From assembly GCA_964016885.1 (NCBI GenBank), contig OZ024746.1:74586001-74650000 (forward strand): 64,000 bases of DNA, in the 5' to 3' direction. Positions 43,342-58,519 of this stretch are shown here, in pieces. Each line of letters begins with the position of its first letter. The first letter of the stretch is position 1. Both the position numbers and the translations under genes were made by a program. This DNA comes from Eledone cirrhosa. Lineage: Eukaryota. The notes below the pieces were generated by a model. The model was not told the DNA's origin and did not search any database. It saw nothing but the letters and a program-made list of their open reading frames with translations.

Positions 43342-43920
43342 ATGGATATATATATATATGCGTGAGAATGGATATATATATAAATGCGTGTGTGTGTATG
43401 TGTGTGTGTGTTTATAAATAAGTGTGTGTGTATGTTGTGTGTGTGTGTGATAAAAAGCTGAAAATTCCTATACAATTTGATATATAACAAAATTAACTAT
43501 AAACATGGAAGCTAATAATATGTAAATGAGTAAGTCCATATACGCCGGCCGACTACGTCTTCCTTTCTGGTTATTTAGATGGTATACATCTCTTTACAAT
43601 GAGAACACAACCAGTTTCTACAATCGGTTAAAGACATTTTTCATTGTTTTTCTATTCAGTGAAATACGCATATTTAACATGTTTACATGTTCCTATACTC
43701 AATGTGTGGAGTTATATACCTATTTACCCAGTCTCATTTCCCACCAGTTTGGCTGCTTAATCCATAACTTTATATATATGTGTGTGTGGAGAGGAGACAC
43801 TGGTGTGTGTGCGTGCATGTGTGTACGCTTCGACATGCAAGCCGATCCTCTGCAGTGCTATATAGGTACAAATATAAGGCAATTTTCAGCACATAACTAG
43901 CAACACATCAATATTAATGG

Positions 43921-44098
43921 GGATTGGCAGTATCGGTAGAGGGTCGGACGCCATGCTTTCCAGCATAGTTACATCCCTTTACGATCTGAGTTCAAATCCC
44001 GCCGAGGTTGACTTTGCCTTTCATCCTTACGGGGTCGATAAAATAAAGTACCAGTAATGAACTGGGTAATTGCTGGCCTTGTGCCTAAAGTAGAAACA
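43921..44098 (+). mobile_element. tRNA-derived SINE, near full length, with TSD
   Basis: A-box-like TGGCAGTATCGG, B-box GAGTTCAAATCC and body GCCTTTCATCCTTACGGGGTCGATAAAATAAAGTACCAG. TSD AATATTAATGGGGA at 43910 and 44099. Confidence 0.9.
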
Positions 44099-45369
44099 AA
44101 TATTAATGGGGACAGATATTTGTGCGAGACTTGTACTAGTCACGAAATTTTGAAACCCTGTACTAACACCAATAAGTAAAAAAAGCGTGATGCGTAAAAA
44201 CGACTAACATTGTTTGTGTAATATAAAACTATCCTTCTTTCATGTGCTTATAAATATACATGTACATACACATACATGACGTAGAGCAAATATTTATTAT
44301 TGGCAAATATTAGTAAAAAATTTTGCTTAAACTTTTAATCTGTGGTTTGGCAGAGGGGAAAGTCGATTAAATCAACGTCAGTGCATTACTGTATATGTAT
44401 ATATCTATATATGTATGTATGTATGTTTTTGTCACACGTCTATACGTGGGGAGGGGTAGGAAGTGGATCAAATAATAATAAAACGGTGATGCTAAGAGAA
44501 GAGGAGGAGTGGTCTATTTAGAAAGAGAAAGGAGGATACTGAAGGTGCGTGAGAGAGGGTGAAGAGATGGTACTGGACATAGAGCAAGAGAATGGTATTG
44601 GGGACAACGAGAATGAGGGGAAGAGAAGGCTGGGGAATTACAGAGAGAGTTTATGAATGAATAATAGCAAGAAAGGTGATATATAACGAAATTAGAAAAC
44701 AAATAAACTATACAAGTAAACACTTAGAAACAAAATAAAAGAAAACTATTGCTGCATCCGTCTCGATATTGTGTTAATGCTGCTAGCTTCATTGATTTCA
44801 TTATAACAGAACAGAAGAGAATCCTATGTATCAGAGAGCCAGAAGTTCGATCGGTAATCCACACCATACATTATCGACGGATGAATTGGCATGTAAAACG
44901 ATATGACAGTAATATTGCATGCCAATGAGGGTGCTGTTGTTTTAAGTGGTGGTTGTGGTGGTGCTGTTGTGACTGCAGCTTCTGCTGTCCATAGAGGATG
45001 GTGGTGGTGGTGGTGGTGGTGGCTGTGGCGATCTTGGTGGTGGCGTTCGTGATGATGAAGGACGAAGTGAATGTATTGGTGGTGGTGGTGGTGTTTTGTC
45101 AGCGACGGTCTTACTCAATAATTAATAGCTCAACAAAAACAAAATTCTCTACGGATTATTGGCCAGGAGTATATCCGATGACATGTGAGTGTATATGTTT
45201 CTACGTGTGAAATATTATTACAGAATGTGTTTGTGTGTATATGTTTCTCTGTGTGAATGTGTTCGTATGTGGCAAATATGAAAAGAGGACAACTCACACC
45301 TTTTTTCTTCAATCAATTATAACAAAAATATTAAATATGGAGATGGAAAAAAGCAAAAAATGTAATACC

Positions 45370-45400
<31 letters not shown>

Positions 45401-45627
45401 GTCGTGGAAGTATGTGTGCTTCTCGATATGTGGTTGTATGTACGTATGCGTATGTATCTGCCTGAGCGTGTATATATGTATGTATCTACGAATATGTGCG
45501 CGTGTGTATGCTTCGGTGTATATTTTTATGTTTCAAACATAGAGATGGATAGAAATTACAATATAGAAACAGATAGGCAAAGCGAGAGAGAGAGAGAGAA
45601 GGTGAGAGAGAGAGAGAGAAAAAGAGA

Positions 45628-45674
<47 letters not shown>

Positions 45675-45750
45675 TGGTGGCGTTAAAATAAAAGCTTGTA
45701 TGTTAAAACAAAATAGTTTGGAAGTTTCACAGGCTAAAACAAATCGACAA

Positions 45751-45790
<40 letters not shown>

Positions 45791-45799
45791 TCGTCGATT

Positions 45800-45851
<52 letters not shown>

Positions 45852-45853
<2 letters not shown>

Positions 45854-46036
45854 CGAAGGAAATGTGGTAAGGAACCAGATGGACTATAACGCACCAAAGT
45901 ACTCAATAGTAGTAGAGTGGGTAATAGGAACGAGTAGGACCCCGACGGCTGAGCTCAAGCCGACGGCTAATTCTGGACTCCAGAATTAGCCGTCGAAACG
46001 GCTTGAGCTCAGCCGTCGGGATCCTACTCGTTCCTA
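45852..46036 (-). mobile_element. Hairpin element in (TA)n (family A), half-hammerhead
   Basis: Same tail as at 1962. Hairpin 45924-46037 centred at about 45978 contains GAAAC-GGCU-UGAGCUC-AGCC-GUC. Confidence 0.65.
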
Positions 46037-46066
46037 TATACATATATATATATATATATACATATA

Positions 46067-46376
46067 GTTATACTTTGGGAGGGTCATGTTGCCAATAAGA
46101 GACACACGCACCAGTTGCTTTCACTCCAATTTATTATAAATTAAATTATAAATTAAAAAATTTATAAATTTCCGGTCGGTTGGTTGGTTCCACTACCGGG
46201 CGGTTGTTCATATATTGTCAAAATTCTTTCGTCACACAATCTGTGACCTCTTCAGTGACTGAGGATTCTTTTCTTTGTTTTGTTTGTGCCTCTCCTTTGT
46301 TCTGTCCTACGCCATCTTATCGGTTTCAACACACGTTTTCAGATAAAGAATCTTGCTAAACAAATTCAGAAACGAT
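46067..46376. mobile_element. Family B insertion: inverted pLTR arm plus sense tail
   Basis: Starts GTTATACTTTGGGAGGGTCAT as in the 14-kb left arm, has a minus-strand hammerhead, and ends with the tail TATCGGTTTCAAC...CAGAAACG. Flanked by (TA)n. A 31-bp remnant lies at 28613-28646. Confidence 0.7.
46217..46259 (-). ncRNA. Hammerhead ribozyme motif (same family as 14.3 kb)
   Basis: Minus strand reads GUCA-CUGAAGA-g-GUCACA-GAUUG-UGUGAC-GAAAG-AAUUU-UGAC. Stems I and II are perfect; stem III is shortened. Confidence 0.7.
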
Positions 46377-46394
46377 ATATATACATACATATAC

Positions 46395-46517
<123 letters not shown>

Positions 46518-46618
46518 GGAATTGGAAATAGCACAGAAAATATGTTTAAGGATCTGTTTTTCTTTTTTTCTTTGATTCGTAAATGTGACATCATTGAAAA
46601 AATGAGAGGGACAATTCT

Positions 46619-46829
<211 letters not shown>

Positions 46830-47677
46830 ATGTGCGAATGGGAATTTTGGGCTTTTAAGCGTTGAGAATGTATGCATAAATATATAAGTATAAAGAAAGT
46901 ACTGAAGCGCAGAAATACTATAATGGTAGCTTATAAAATAGGGTGAACACCCTTAAAAGACGGGAAAAGAAGTTGCCATCGGCAGGTATGAGGAAGTGAC
47001 CCTATAACTCCCAGAGGCCATCACGGAGATGGTCTGCTGCAAAAATAACAGCGAATTGCGGGCCAATCAAATATATTCACTATTCTCTGTTTGTGTTTGC
47101 CGTAATTCCCTTTCTTGATTAACTAATTATGCAATCCACAACTGATGATGTCTCCAATGTTATACATAACCAAGCAATTGAAATCTATATATATATATAG
47201 TGTTTTTTGCAACAATAAAACTTTAAAGGGATATCTCCAGTACGGCCTCCTGTTGCTTTAATTGGGGTAGATACAGCCCCAATACTTGACAGGTACTTTT
47301 TTATCGACCTCGTATTGATGAAAGGCAAAATTGACCTCGGCGTGATTTGCATTTAGAGAGCAGAGAGCCGAAACGATTACCGCAAAGCTCTGAAACAAAC
47401 AAGACTACAGGTGTATGCTTCTTAATCGACGTGTATGCAACAATAAAAAATAAAATCAGACAAACTTAATACAGGGTATGTCATTGAAATCTACATTCTC
47501 TACACGCGTGCAATGGCAATACGGCTGCAAAATAGTGTATAGAGTGGTTTAACCAGTCACATTTGTAGTTTAACCATGTTAGAACTCAATTGATAGAGAG
47601 GTAAAGAGAGCTATCCATGATCCCGTGGCTCCCCCCCCCCCCTCTCTATCTATCTATCTATCTATCTACCTATCTCT

Positions 47678-47741
<64 letters not shown>

Positions 47742-47743
<2 letters not shown>

Positions 47744-47842
47744 GGTATCCCAAAAAATATATACACACTTTGATTATCTTTACAGGCAAAATTTATTAGA
47801 ATGCACAGCCTTCGTGTATACACCTTTTTGGAACACCCTTTA
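47742..47842. mobile_element. Tc1/mariner-type MITE of about 100 bp
   Basis: Imperfect TIRs GGTATCCCAAAAAATATATACAC / GTGTATACACCTTTTTGGAACACC flanked by TA. Confidence 0.55.
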
Positions 47843-49401
47843 TATATATTTAGAATTAAGAATTTGTTTGAAGATTGTGCTTGTTAGTGGTGAGTGTTTC
47901 TTAATGATCTCACTTTATCGAAATATATGTTTGCACTATGATATGTATGTATGTGTTGGGGGGGTAGTTCGCTAAATAAAACTTCAGAAGACCCCGTCAC
48001 TATAGGTTCAACAATGTGATTGTAGTACTAAATGTTACTAGTTTGGGGAGTTAGATTGATTGTAGCGTTATGTACAAAGTGTCCCCAAAGTTACCAGACC
48101 ATTTCAAATTATAATATACATAAAATGGTCTAGTTACTTTTTGTAGTATTGTGCTTTATCGGTGTGTGATTTGTGTTATGTGTGATAGCTGTGTTGTGTG
48201 TGTTAGTTGTGTAATATATGTTAGTTGTGTTGTGTGGGTTTGTTGTATTGTGGGTTTGTTGTATTGTATGTTTTATGTGTGTAATCTTATATGTATCTTA
48301 TATCGTATTATTGTGGCTCCGTTGTTTGTATTGTTCTGTGTCTCTACTGTTGCGTGCTTGTATGTGATTGAGGGATAGGATTGTATGTGTTAGGAGAGTT
48401 ACATAGAGAGAGTTACATAGAGAGAGTTACATAGGGAGAGTATGCCGTGTTCAAACAATTTTAAGCATGTTTTATGCTCTCTCTTGCACGTTGTTTTGCC
48501 TTGACTTTCCTTCTCTCCTATCAACATGTTATGTTCTAACTCTATTCTGGCTATTCTTCTGCCACTATGCATGTGTGCCTGCTACACTTTTGCTTTGTTT
48601 TCAATGAGGAAATGTCGTTTGTGTTGGATTGCAGTGTGTCATCGCTATCTGTTCCAAACCAACGCACATCTGTGTGACGTGCGATTTCATGAGCTCAGGC
48701 TAGATAGTTCTAGCGCCTTTCAAGGTCTAGGACTTCATGTGAAAAGTTGACGAATAAATCGGGAGAAAGTTAGACAGCTTTCTTCAATTGAATATGAAAT
48801 ATGATTCGTGAGCAGTTGATTACAGTGTGAGCTATGAATGCTATTTATTTACGTTTCAGTCGGCATTGTCAACTTAATAGCCTCATAAAATGCTCAAAGG
48901 TGAGAGTAATGAAACCGAGTTCGCGTTAAACGTTGCTATAAACAACGAGAAGAAACGTTTAAGAAAAGGAAGAGACAGTGAATGATTCCTGGCTATTATC
49001 TCATTCTTCTCTTTCTCCTCCTTCACCTGCTATCTTCCTTCTGACTGCTGCCTTTCTCTCTCACCCTCTCTCCTTCTCTATATAATTATAGCAAACGAAA
49101 ACTGTTTTTATTTCAGTATTTTTACTTGGTATTTGTTTCTTAAAGGTATTTTTTAAATTGTATGACTTATTTTTGTTGTTGCAATTTGACATGTTACATT
49201 TGAAGTGTTATATTTGTTGGAAAATATGTGCATGTGTGCATGTGTGCATATGAATGTATAAGAGTGAGAAGGAGATGCAGAGGAAAGTGTTTTGTGTGTG
49301 CGTGTGGAGGAGAAAACGGTTTACGAGAGTAAAGACGTGGCGTAAATAACAGTGAATGTGTATACGTGGCTGGGAAATAAGGTGAAAGGCAGAGGAGATA
49401 G

Positions 49402-49478
<77 letters not shown>

Positions 49479-51378
49479 TGTGTGTGTGTGTGCGCGTGTG
49501 TGTGTTTGTGTGTATATGTGTGTTTGTGTGCGTAATATGTGTATGCGTACATGAGCACGCGTCATTAAGAATACACGTATGGTTATGTGTTTCAATTATA
49601 ACTATCAGAGCTGTGGTGAAAGTTATGTTGTTGTTGTGGCATCTCTGTTGGTTCCAACGACGAGTGTTCCAGTCGTTTGATCAACAGTACAGCCTGCCTA
49701 TGAAATTAACGCACAAATAGCTCACCATTCCACAAACACATGCTCTTAACGTAACGTTATTTTCAGGGAGATTCAGTGTAAGAAAATGTGTGACAAAGTT
49801 GCCCCTTTGAATGGCAGGTACAAATCATTTTGCAAGCTGAGTAGGCTGGGGCAACGTCAAATAAAATGTTTTGGTCAAGGACATAAATTGTTGCCGAGAA
49901 TCGAACCTAAGATCTTACGATCGTCCGCTAAACACCCTAACCAATAAGTAACGCATATTGACGGTGAAAGATATAAACTATTGCAGAGCTCATTCCGAAT
50001 TTTGGATATGACTAAGTCTCATTACATACACTAACTAATATTGAGTCATTAGAGCGTCGAATGAATTTTTTTTTAGCTTCTTGCGTTCTCATTTCAAATC
50101 CTACCGAAGTCATCTTCAAAATTCATTCTTCCTGGCTCGACTAATAACGAAGCAAATCTAGAGCAGTGAATTGGCGGAAACGTTAGTACGTGAAGCGGGG
50201 TGTCATGCGGTATAATTATAGTTGTGGGAGTGTATATATATATATGTGTGTGTGTCTGTGTTTTGAGTTTTGTGTTCAAATCCTGCTGTAATTCTCTAGG
50301 GTGGTTTACATGATCTCTGCTCCGATTTAACACCACTACCCGATATTTGCATATTTTCAGAAGAGTCTGCTATTTCGCAGACTAGGTCCTCGGTTCGAGA
50401 ATATCTTCCTCATTCCAGCTCAGCAATCTTGAGGGACCGTAGGTTAAAAAGAACATTACTCTGCCCTTCTTACTGATTAAACGATACGAAAAAATAAATT
50501 TCACCCACTGAATAAGGTGTTGCACCATACATTTAGACTTGATGTCTCTAAAAAAATTAAGTATCTAAACACTGTCTCTTTTCTGTCTGAGCCTTGTGCA
50601 AAAGGTATGAATTCCCAACCCTCACCTATGTTGCTCCTTTTTATGCCCGAGACATTCTGAATTAAAATATTATTACGCATAATGAACATTTTTCTTATTT
50701 GATACCAGACCTTTCTAATATGTTTCTATAGTTACTATATGATCGTATGTCTCCTTATGGGCAATTATATTTTGTGGTAGCTAATAACCTTGACTTTAGA
50801 AGTACGTCGCATCTTTTGGGTTTTCAGCAAAATATACTTTTTTCTGTACGCCTGTAAATAAGCCGCGTGCTGTTCATATATCGACTATTTTCTCTTAATT
50901 TTCTAAACGCTACGCTATTCAATATTTACAATTCTATTGTATATATCTACAATGATTTCTACTGCCTCTATATGTAATTTAAACTCTTTGCACAATTCCA
51001 CTTCTTTTTTATCAGCTTATCTTTTGAGTTTTACAATCTACACTAATCTTGAATCTCAAGCATCCTCATTTTGCTAGAACCAAAAACATAGCTATACCTT
51101 TCCACCAATCCTTATCCACTTTAACCCGAATGATAACAGTAACCAATTATTGACACAATTGAATCCATTTATTTTACAAACTAGCTCTGAATTCATATCC
51201 TTACAATTTGCAAAATACCTTAATCTCTAAACAGTAGCTTGAGGCAAATCTACGCCCTACATTAGAGTTTGGCTCATTTATCTAGGTCGGCAGATCTAGT
51301 TCATATATGTGTGTGTGAATGTGTGTGGGTGTGTGTGGGTGTGTGCGTGGGTGTGCGTGTGTGTGGATGTGTGTGCAA

Positions 51379-51454
<76 letters not shown>

Positions 51455-51458
51455 GCGC

Positions 51459-51506
<48 letters not shown>

Positions 51507-51595
51507 GCGTGTAAAAAGTAAACTTAAATAACACAGCAAACGACAGAGTACAATTAGGAAATATGTTAGTTTAACGCTTGGTATAGACGGAAAAG

Positions 51596-51631
51596 TCTGA
51601 ACGTTTCGAACACAAGTCCTTTATCAGAAAA
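51596..51631 (-). ncRNA. Degenerate minimal hammerhead-like motif
   Basis: Minus strand reads CUGAUAA-a-GGAC-UUGU-GUUC-GAAAC-GUU. C3-A8 mismatch and poor stem I. Confidence 0.35.
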
Positions 51632-52375
51632 TAAAATGAGGAATTACAGATAAAGTAGAAAGATAGAAAGTAAGAAGAGGAAGGAACGGAATACGTGTGT
51701 ATTCAGTCATGCATTTTATATAATTATGGGTGAATTGCCAATGGGTATCCGGAAGGAACAACAGTTAAAATAGGTACTGAATACATTAATAGAATACATT
51801 CATCTTAATTTATATAGAAATTACTGTTACAGGACTAGAACTGTTGCATTCGTGTGAAATTAAATTCGTGGTCACACTTCTGTGTTGAGTATAACAGTTG
51901 AAGTCATGAAGTGTAAAAGTTTCTTGTTTTAAACCGAATATATATATATAACAACGGTCATGGATAGCTTAGGTAGCTCGTTCATGGGTTTACCCACTTG
52001 TGGTTTCTTATTGATGATGCATTAAATTTTAATGGCTTCCTTTAACGTTATTAGTGTTAGTTTATACTTGCGTCTAATGAAATTAATGTTCTCTTTAAAG
52101 AGGTTTTTCATAATAGGTTCATCTATTATATACCTAATACACATTTAATTCATAATATACAATTTATGTGCGGTTTGTGTACTTTCAATGTGTATTTGTA
52201 CCTGTACTATTCTATGGGTTGGTTTATTTATACGAATCTTCATTGTTAGCGACTATTTGTTTGTTTTTGTGTATATTATTTTTTGGTGCTTCGTTTTAAA
52301 GGAGAATCGAATTGTTCCATTAAGTAAGGATTTTACAACTGAGAGTGTGTATCTGTGTGGACAGCCGCTGTCTGA

Positions 52376-52467
<92 letters not shown>

Positions 52468-53062
52468 ATATATATATATACATATATATTTCTTTGTGTC
52501 TCCTTTATTGTAAATTACATATGGTATATATTCTTTTTTTATCTGAATGTTTGTATCTAGTAACAGTCATTTTATTCCTATATTTATTTATACTATTTTC
52601 GATGTTGAATTTTTAGTAGAGCATTTTTTTTCTTAGTCTTCCTTTTATTTCTCCACGATATCCCCCCTGTCCATTACGGCAACCATATCGAACACTTACA
52701 TAATTCAGATTATATCTTCATGTCTAGGCACCACGTTATTTTCTAACATACATGTGTGTTTGTAACAGTGCAATCCTATATGTGCGTGTGTATGAACGTA
52801 TGTATAAGAGTGAGAGGAAGTTTGTGTGTATATTCTTGTCACCTGATTGTTAGACAAGTCTAACAATCAGGTGTTTAAGTTCTGTCCCTTTACATTCTAG
52901 AAAATAGTAGATGTAAGGACGGGGACTGATAAAATAAGAAGCAGACTGAAAAAAGACATGAGGTGTATATGATCGACTAAACCCTTGAAGATGGTTGCCC
53001 ATCATGACCTAGGTTCAATGACTGAAACCAATGAAAGAATAAGAGAATACGAATACATATAT

Positions 53063-53106
<44 letters not shown>

Positions 53107-53243
53107 CTATATACATATATTACTATATTTATATATATATATGATATATATATATCATATATATATATATAAATTTCGTAATATATGTATATAGTAATAT
53201 ATATATATACTATATACTATACTCTCTATGTATATATATATAT

Positions 53244-53353
53244 TTGTTTCTACTTTGGGCACAAGGCCAGCAAATTACCCAGTTCATTACTGGTACTTTA
53301 TTTTATCGACCCCGTAAGGATGAAAGGCAAAGTCAACCTCGGCGGGATTTGAA
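53244..53353 (-). mobile_element. 5'-truncated SINE
   Basis: Same family, flanked by a duplicated TA-rich target. Confidence 0.85.
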
Positions 53354-53440
53354 TGAGTAATATATGTAATATATGTATATAGTAATATATATATATATAT
53401 ATACTATATACTATACACTATATGTATATATATATATTAT

Positions 53441-53523
<83 letters not shown>

Positions 53524-53657
53524 GGGGGGGAGAAAGGGGGAGAGAGAGGGGGATATATATATACTTACGTATAACTATGAACGATTGTATTTGTGGGTGT
53601 ATGAGTGTGTCTATGTTTTCTAATATATCCTCCTAATATAATACATATATACATACA

Positions 53658-53693
<36 letters not shown>

Positions 53694-53705
53694 TATATAT
53701 ATATA

Positions 53706-53780
<75 letters not shown>

Positions 53781-54124
53781 CAATTTGCCATATTTGTGCG
53801 CATTGTGAACGGAATCGAATTAGCAGAAAAAGCTCTAGAGATTCTCAGAACGATAGTACACCTGTCAGAGTATTTCCAACTCTTTCATATCTAAATGTTT
53901 GTTTATGTCAGGTAGAGTCTTTCTCATTTCATCTTTTAGTTCCAGACACATCAGCACATGACAATTCTCAACGACGATTACGAAGCGATTAGCTTTAGCT
54001 GCTATATGTTTTATAAATAATTGTTGTGAGTCGTCTTGTTGTGTCCGAATGGTTGAACTAGAATGACTTGATTGGAGAGTAGTAAGAGTGTCTTGCATGA
54101 TCTGTAACGGCTTTATCATCATCG

Positions 54125-54158
<34 letters not shown>

Positions 54159-54469
54159 TATTATTATTAGTTATGACCTTTTACGTTCTGAATTCAATCT
54201 CGCGGAGGTTAGTTTTGCCTTTCATCCTTACAGGATCGATAAAATAATGCACTAGTAATGCGCTGGGGTCGATTTAATCGACTTTCCCTTCCCCCAAATT
54301 ACTGGACTTGTGCCTTATTATTGCTATTATTTTTGTTGTTGTTGTTGTTGTTGTTGTTGTTATCCTTATGTGAAACTTATTCTGCATTCTGCTTTTTACC
54401 CATATCTTGCCGAGTGACAACCTGATACCTGAGGTAAATTTGGTAATACACACATTTAACAATTAATTA

Positions 54470-56290
54470 AGAGACACTGGTCTTGTGCAGCCATGATGAA
54501 GCCCTAGCTCTTTACGTTGAACCAAGAACTCCACAGCCACTGATGCGTGACATTTTAATGACATGTGTTTTGCTACGGAGGACCTACTGCCATTGTAGGT
54601 TTTGTAGATAGAAGCCACGTTATAGGAAAATGAACGCCTCGATCCCAATGCGCAATACTTGAGACATGATTAGCAAACTACTTAAGCGGATTTTGACGAG
54701 GCAATCTTCAACAACAAATAGTGGTAAGCTCTGCAAAGGGTGATTAGAGTAGAATCATAATGTTTAGTGAAAGAACGACAGAGAAAACTAGATTAGAAGC
54801 TAGTAAGAAACTTAAAAGTAGCCTTTGGGAAAGGAATCACAAGCGACCAACATGCGACCACATTCTTTAACCTAATGCACAAAGGCTACGTTGTCAGAGC
54901 TAATGTGCGTTCTAAGACAGAAGGGAGTTAGAGCCATCAAATGGCCAACTAAGTCACAATTCGGTCTTCAGAAAACTAAGGTGTGTTCGTGCTTTTCGAT
55001 TCCAAACAGACTTTTAGCCACAATTTGCCTAAATGTTCGGGTCAATTGACGGAGCGGACTGCAGGGTGGAGTTCCGTGCCAACCTTGCACAGAGGCGCTG
55101 CTGAGAAAAGACCCATTAATACGTCCAAACGTACAGTTCAAGATTTTAACCTAGGTGTTTGCAACAAAATTGATGATTGTCGTCCGTTGACTCATTATAG
55201 ATGCACAGATATGCCCCATCCGGGACAGATTCATCCAGGAAAACTGCTACCCAATGCCATACATCATAGAATGCGTGTGTAAAAAGTCTTGCAATGGTGA
55301 GGGCCTGATTAATTCAGATCAATTGAAAACTTTCGATAGCGTCGACCATGTGTACTTGGCAACTCTCTTCACGACTGTTGTTTTAGTTTACTTCTTCATT
55401 GCAATGTACAGCGACATCTGCTCTGCTGTCAGATTAAATGGCCACTTATCAGAATCTTTTGATATCATTCGTTCGGTCTGTTGCTACCTGATCATTTTGC
55501 CTTGGCTCACTTTACATTTGACTGAACTAGAGAATCTGCCGTTTTGATTTTGTAGAAGGAGCGCGTTCTTCTGTCCAGTCGGTCCATTTGCTACCAATAC
55601 CCGCTTCGTGGAAGACTGGGAATGCAGTCCTTGGCATGGCTATGCTACCGGGGAGCCTAGCCAGTTCGAAATGAATTCTACAGGCATGGAATTGCCGTCA
55701 GCCGGGCTTGTCAGAGATGCGAGAAGGGCGATAAAACCATCCTGCACGCTTTGTCCAGTATGTCAGTATTGCTAATTCGTGGGTGAAGCCTGAAGGCATG
55801 TATAGTATCTGGCTATCAGCTGAGTTAATGATGAAGAACGTCCCGCCACCTTCCTTTAACCGTGAAGGACAGACAATTTTTATCAGTTAGGTGACTATGG
55901 CGAAAGAGGTCTTATGATAGTCACATTTGAAAAGATTGAAGAGAACCACTTTCCTCTTCGGTGAAGCCCTGATTAACTTTTACAGCTTTTATTTGTGAAG
56001 GGAATCAAGGTGGAGAAAGATATGTTACCTTCCTGCCAGTTTGTTGAATGGCGGATGAGAGTGATCAGCGTGACCCTAGTGAATGGGTCTGTTCTGAGTG
56101 TGCGCCTGTAGATTGGGGCTGGACCGTGCATTTTTGTGGGCTTTCTCCAAGCCACCGGGAATTTATATTGTTTTTTTTTCGTTTTTTGGGGGGGTTTCTT
56201 CGTTTTTTTTTTCGCACTAAAAACCACGCCGCAGTCCTGTGCCGCTCTTAATGTTGTCCTAATGTAGGCCCTGTGAGAGTAATAAAGAAA
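54470..56290 (+). mobile_element. Decayed L1/Tx1-like LINE
   Basis: RT motifs IDDCRPLT (about 55170) and LINSDQLKTFDSVDHVYL...MYSDICSAVRLNGHLSESFDIIRSV (55305-55480). Higher GC than the flanks; AATAAA at 56281. Boundaries approximate. Confidence 0.75.
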
Positions 56291-56298
56291 CTTTTGCT

Positions 56299-56639
56299 AG
56301 ATTGGCAGTATCCGTAGAGGGAAGGACACCATACTTTGCTGCATAGAGTTACGACCCTTTACGTTCTGAGTTCAAACCCACCGAGGTTAACTTTGCCTTT
56401 CCTTCTTACGGGGTCCATAAAATAAAGCACCAGTAATACAATGGGATCCATTTAATCGATGTTACCCTTCCCCCAAATTGCTGGCCTTGGTAAGAAACCA
56501 TTATTATTATCATTATTATTATCCGAGTTCAAATCCCGCCGAGGTTAACTTTGTCTTTCATCCATACGGGGGTCGATAAAATAAAGTACCAGTAATGCAC
56601 TGGGCAATTGCCGGCCTTGTGCCAAAAGTAGAAACAATT
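56299..56639 (+). mobile_element. Two tandem SINE copies (long subfamily plus 5'-truncated short copy)
   Basis: Copies at 56299-56501 and 56524-56639, each with an (ATT)n tail. Confidence 0.82.
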
Positions 56640-56659
56640 ATTATTATTATTATTATTAT

Positions 56660-56716
<57 letters not shown>

Positions 56717-56735
56717 CAGCAGTAGTAGTAGTAAC

Positions 56736-56811
<76 letters not shown>

Positions 56812-56813
56812 AC

Positions 56814-56868
<55 letters not shown>

Positions 56869-57159
56869 CCATTATCAGCGTCCTCCTCACCATTATCATA
56901 ATTATGTCTTGTCCTTTTTGTTTTTGTTATTTTTCTGATGTTCATTTCTGGTAATTTATTTCTTTGTTTCGGCTATTTTCATATTTTTTTTATTTCGTAA
57001 ATTTAATTTTCAAATTAGATTTCTTAAACAAATTCTCCAATTCTTATCTTATCAGCAAGAGGGAGTATTTGAGTGTGTGTATGCGTGTGTGTTCATGTGT
57101 GTATTGTTATATGTGTAAATGTGTATGTATATGCGTAAATTCGAAATTGTGTTTTACTC

Positions 57160-57202
<43 letters not shown>

Positions 57203-57268
57203 AGTGTGTATATATTTAATATATAATATATATATATATATGTATATATATATGTATATATGTACATA

Positions 57269-57335
<67 letters not shown>

Positions 57336-57342
57336 GTACATA

Positions 57343-57551
<209 letters not shown>

Positions 57552-57558
57552 GTATATA

Positions 57559-57643
<85 letters not shown>

Positions 57644-58107
57644 GTATATATATATATAATATATAAGATGTGTACGCATATATTCATATATGTGTACGAC
57701 TATGTATAGGTGTTAGTCTGAATATATTTTCATGGTGATTAGTTAAATATATACACATACATACTCATGCATACATATATATGTATATGTGTGTGTGTGT
57801 GTGTGCGTGTGTGCGTGTGTGTTTGGGCGTGTGTGTGCTTGTGTGTGCTTGTGTGTGGAAATTGCGAGAAAGAAAATAAACGACAGACATATCCTAGATC
57901 GTGAAAGAAGATTTTAGTGAAATCTTCAGTTTAAGTACCTGCACGCCCACCCCATATATATATATATGTAGAGAGAGAGAGAGGGAGGTACTGAGCCCGA
58001 AGAGACCACTAATCATGTGATTACTCAATATATGGGGAGGTTAACACACAAGCAGAAACCGATTGGCGCCGCGGTTGGGATTTTATCTATCTATCTATCT
58101 ATATATT

Positions 58108-58144
<37 letters not shown>

Positions 58145-58519
58145 ATAGTTAGAGAGAAAGAATGAGAGAAGAAAGAATGAGTGAGAGGGAGATATATGCC
58201 ATTTGCTCTCTAATGCTACCGCACTTCTACGAGCGGGACACCGTTAGTACTCCTCAGGCGATCTGGAGTGAATGTCTGAATATACATTAGTGTATTATGG
58301 ACAGTCAGTAAAAGCGTTCTTACCCCCAAACCAACTCACACACAACACCATATACATACATAGTAACCGTCACATCAACAATGCAGGCAAGAACCTGAGG
58401 TCTGTCATAGCTGTGAAGATGTATGTAACCACTTTAAGGATTCCTATATTAAACGCATTGTTCAAACAATAAATGTGCGTATCAAAGAGCACACCCATAC
58501 AAGGTATTTCTCTGTTAAT

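Noticed and set aside
43921-44010. tRNA gene
   Set aside because: A and B boxes are present but no cloverleaf is evident; it is the SINE head.
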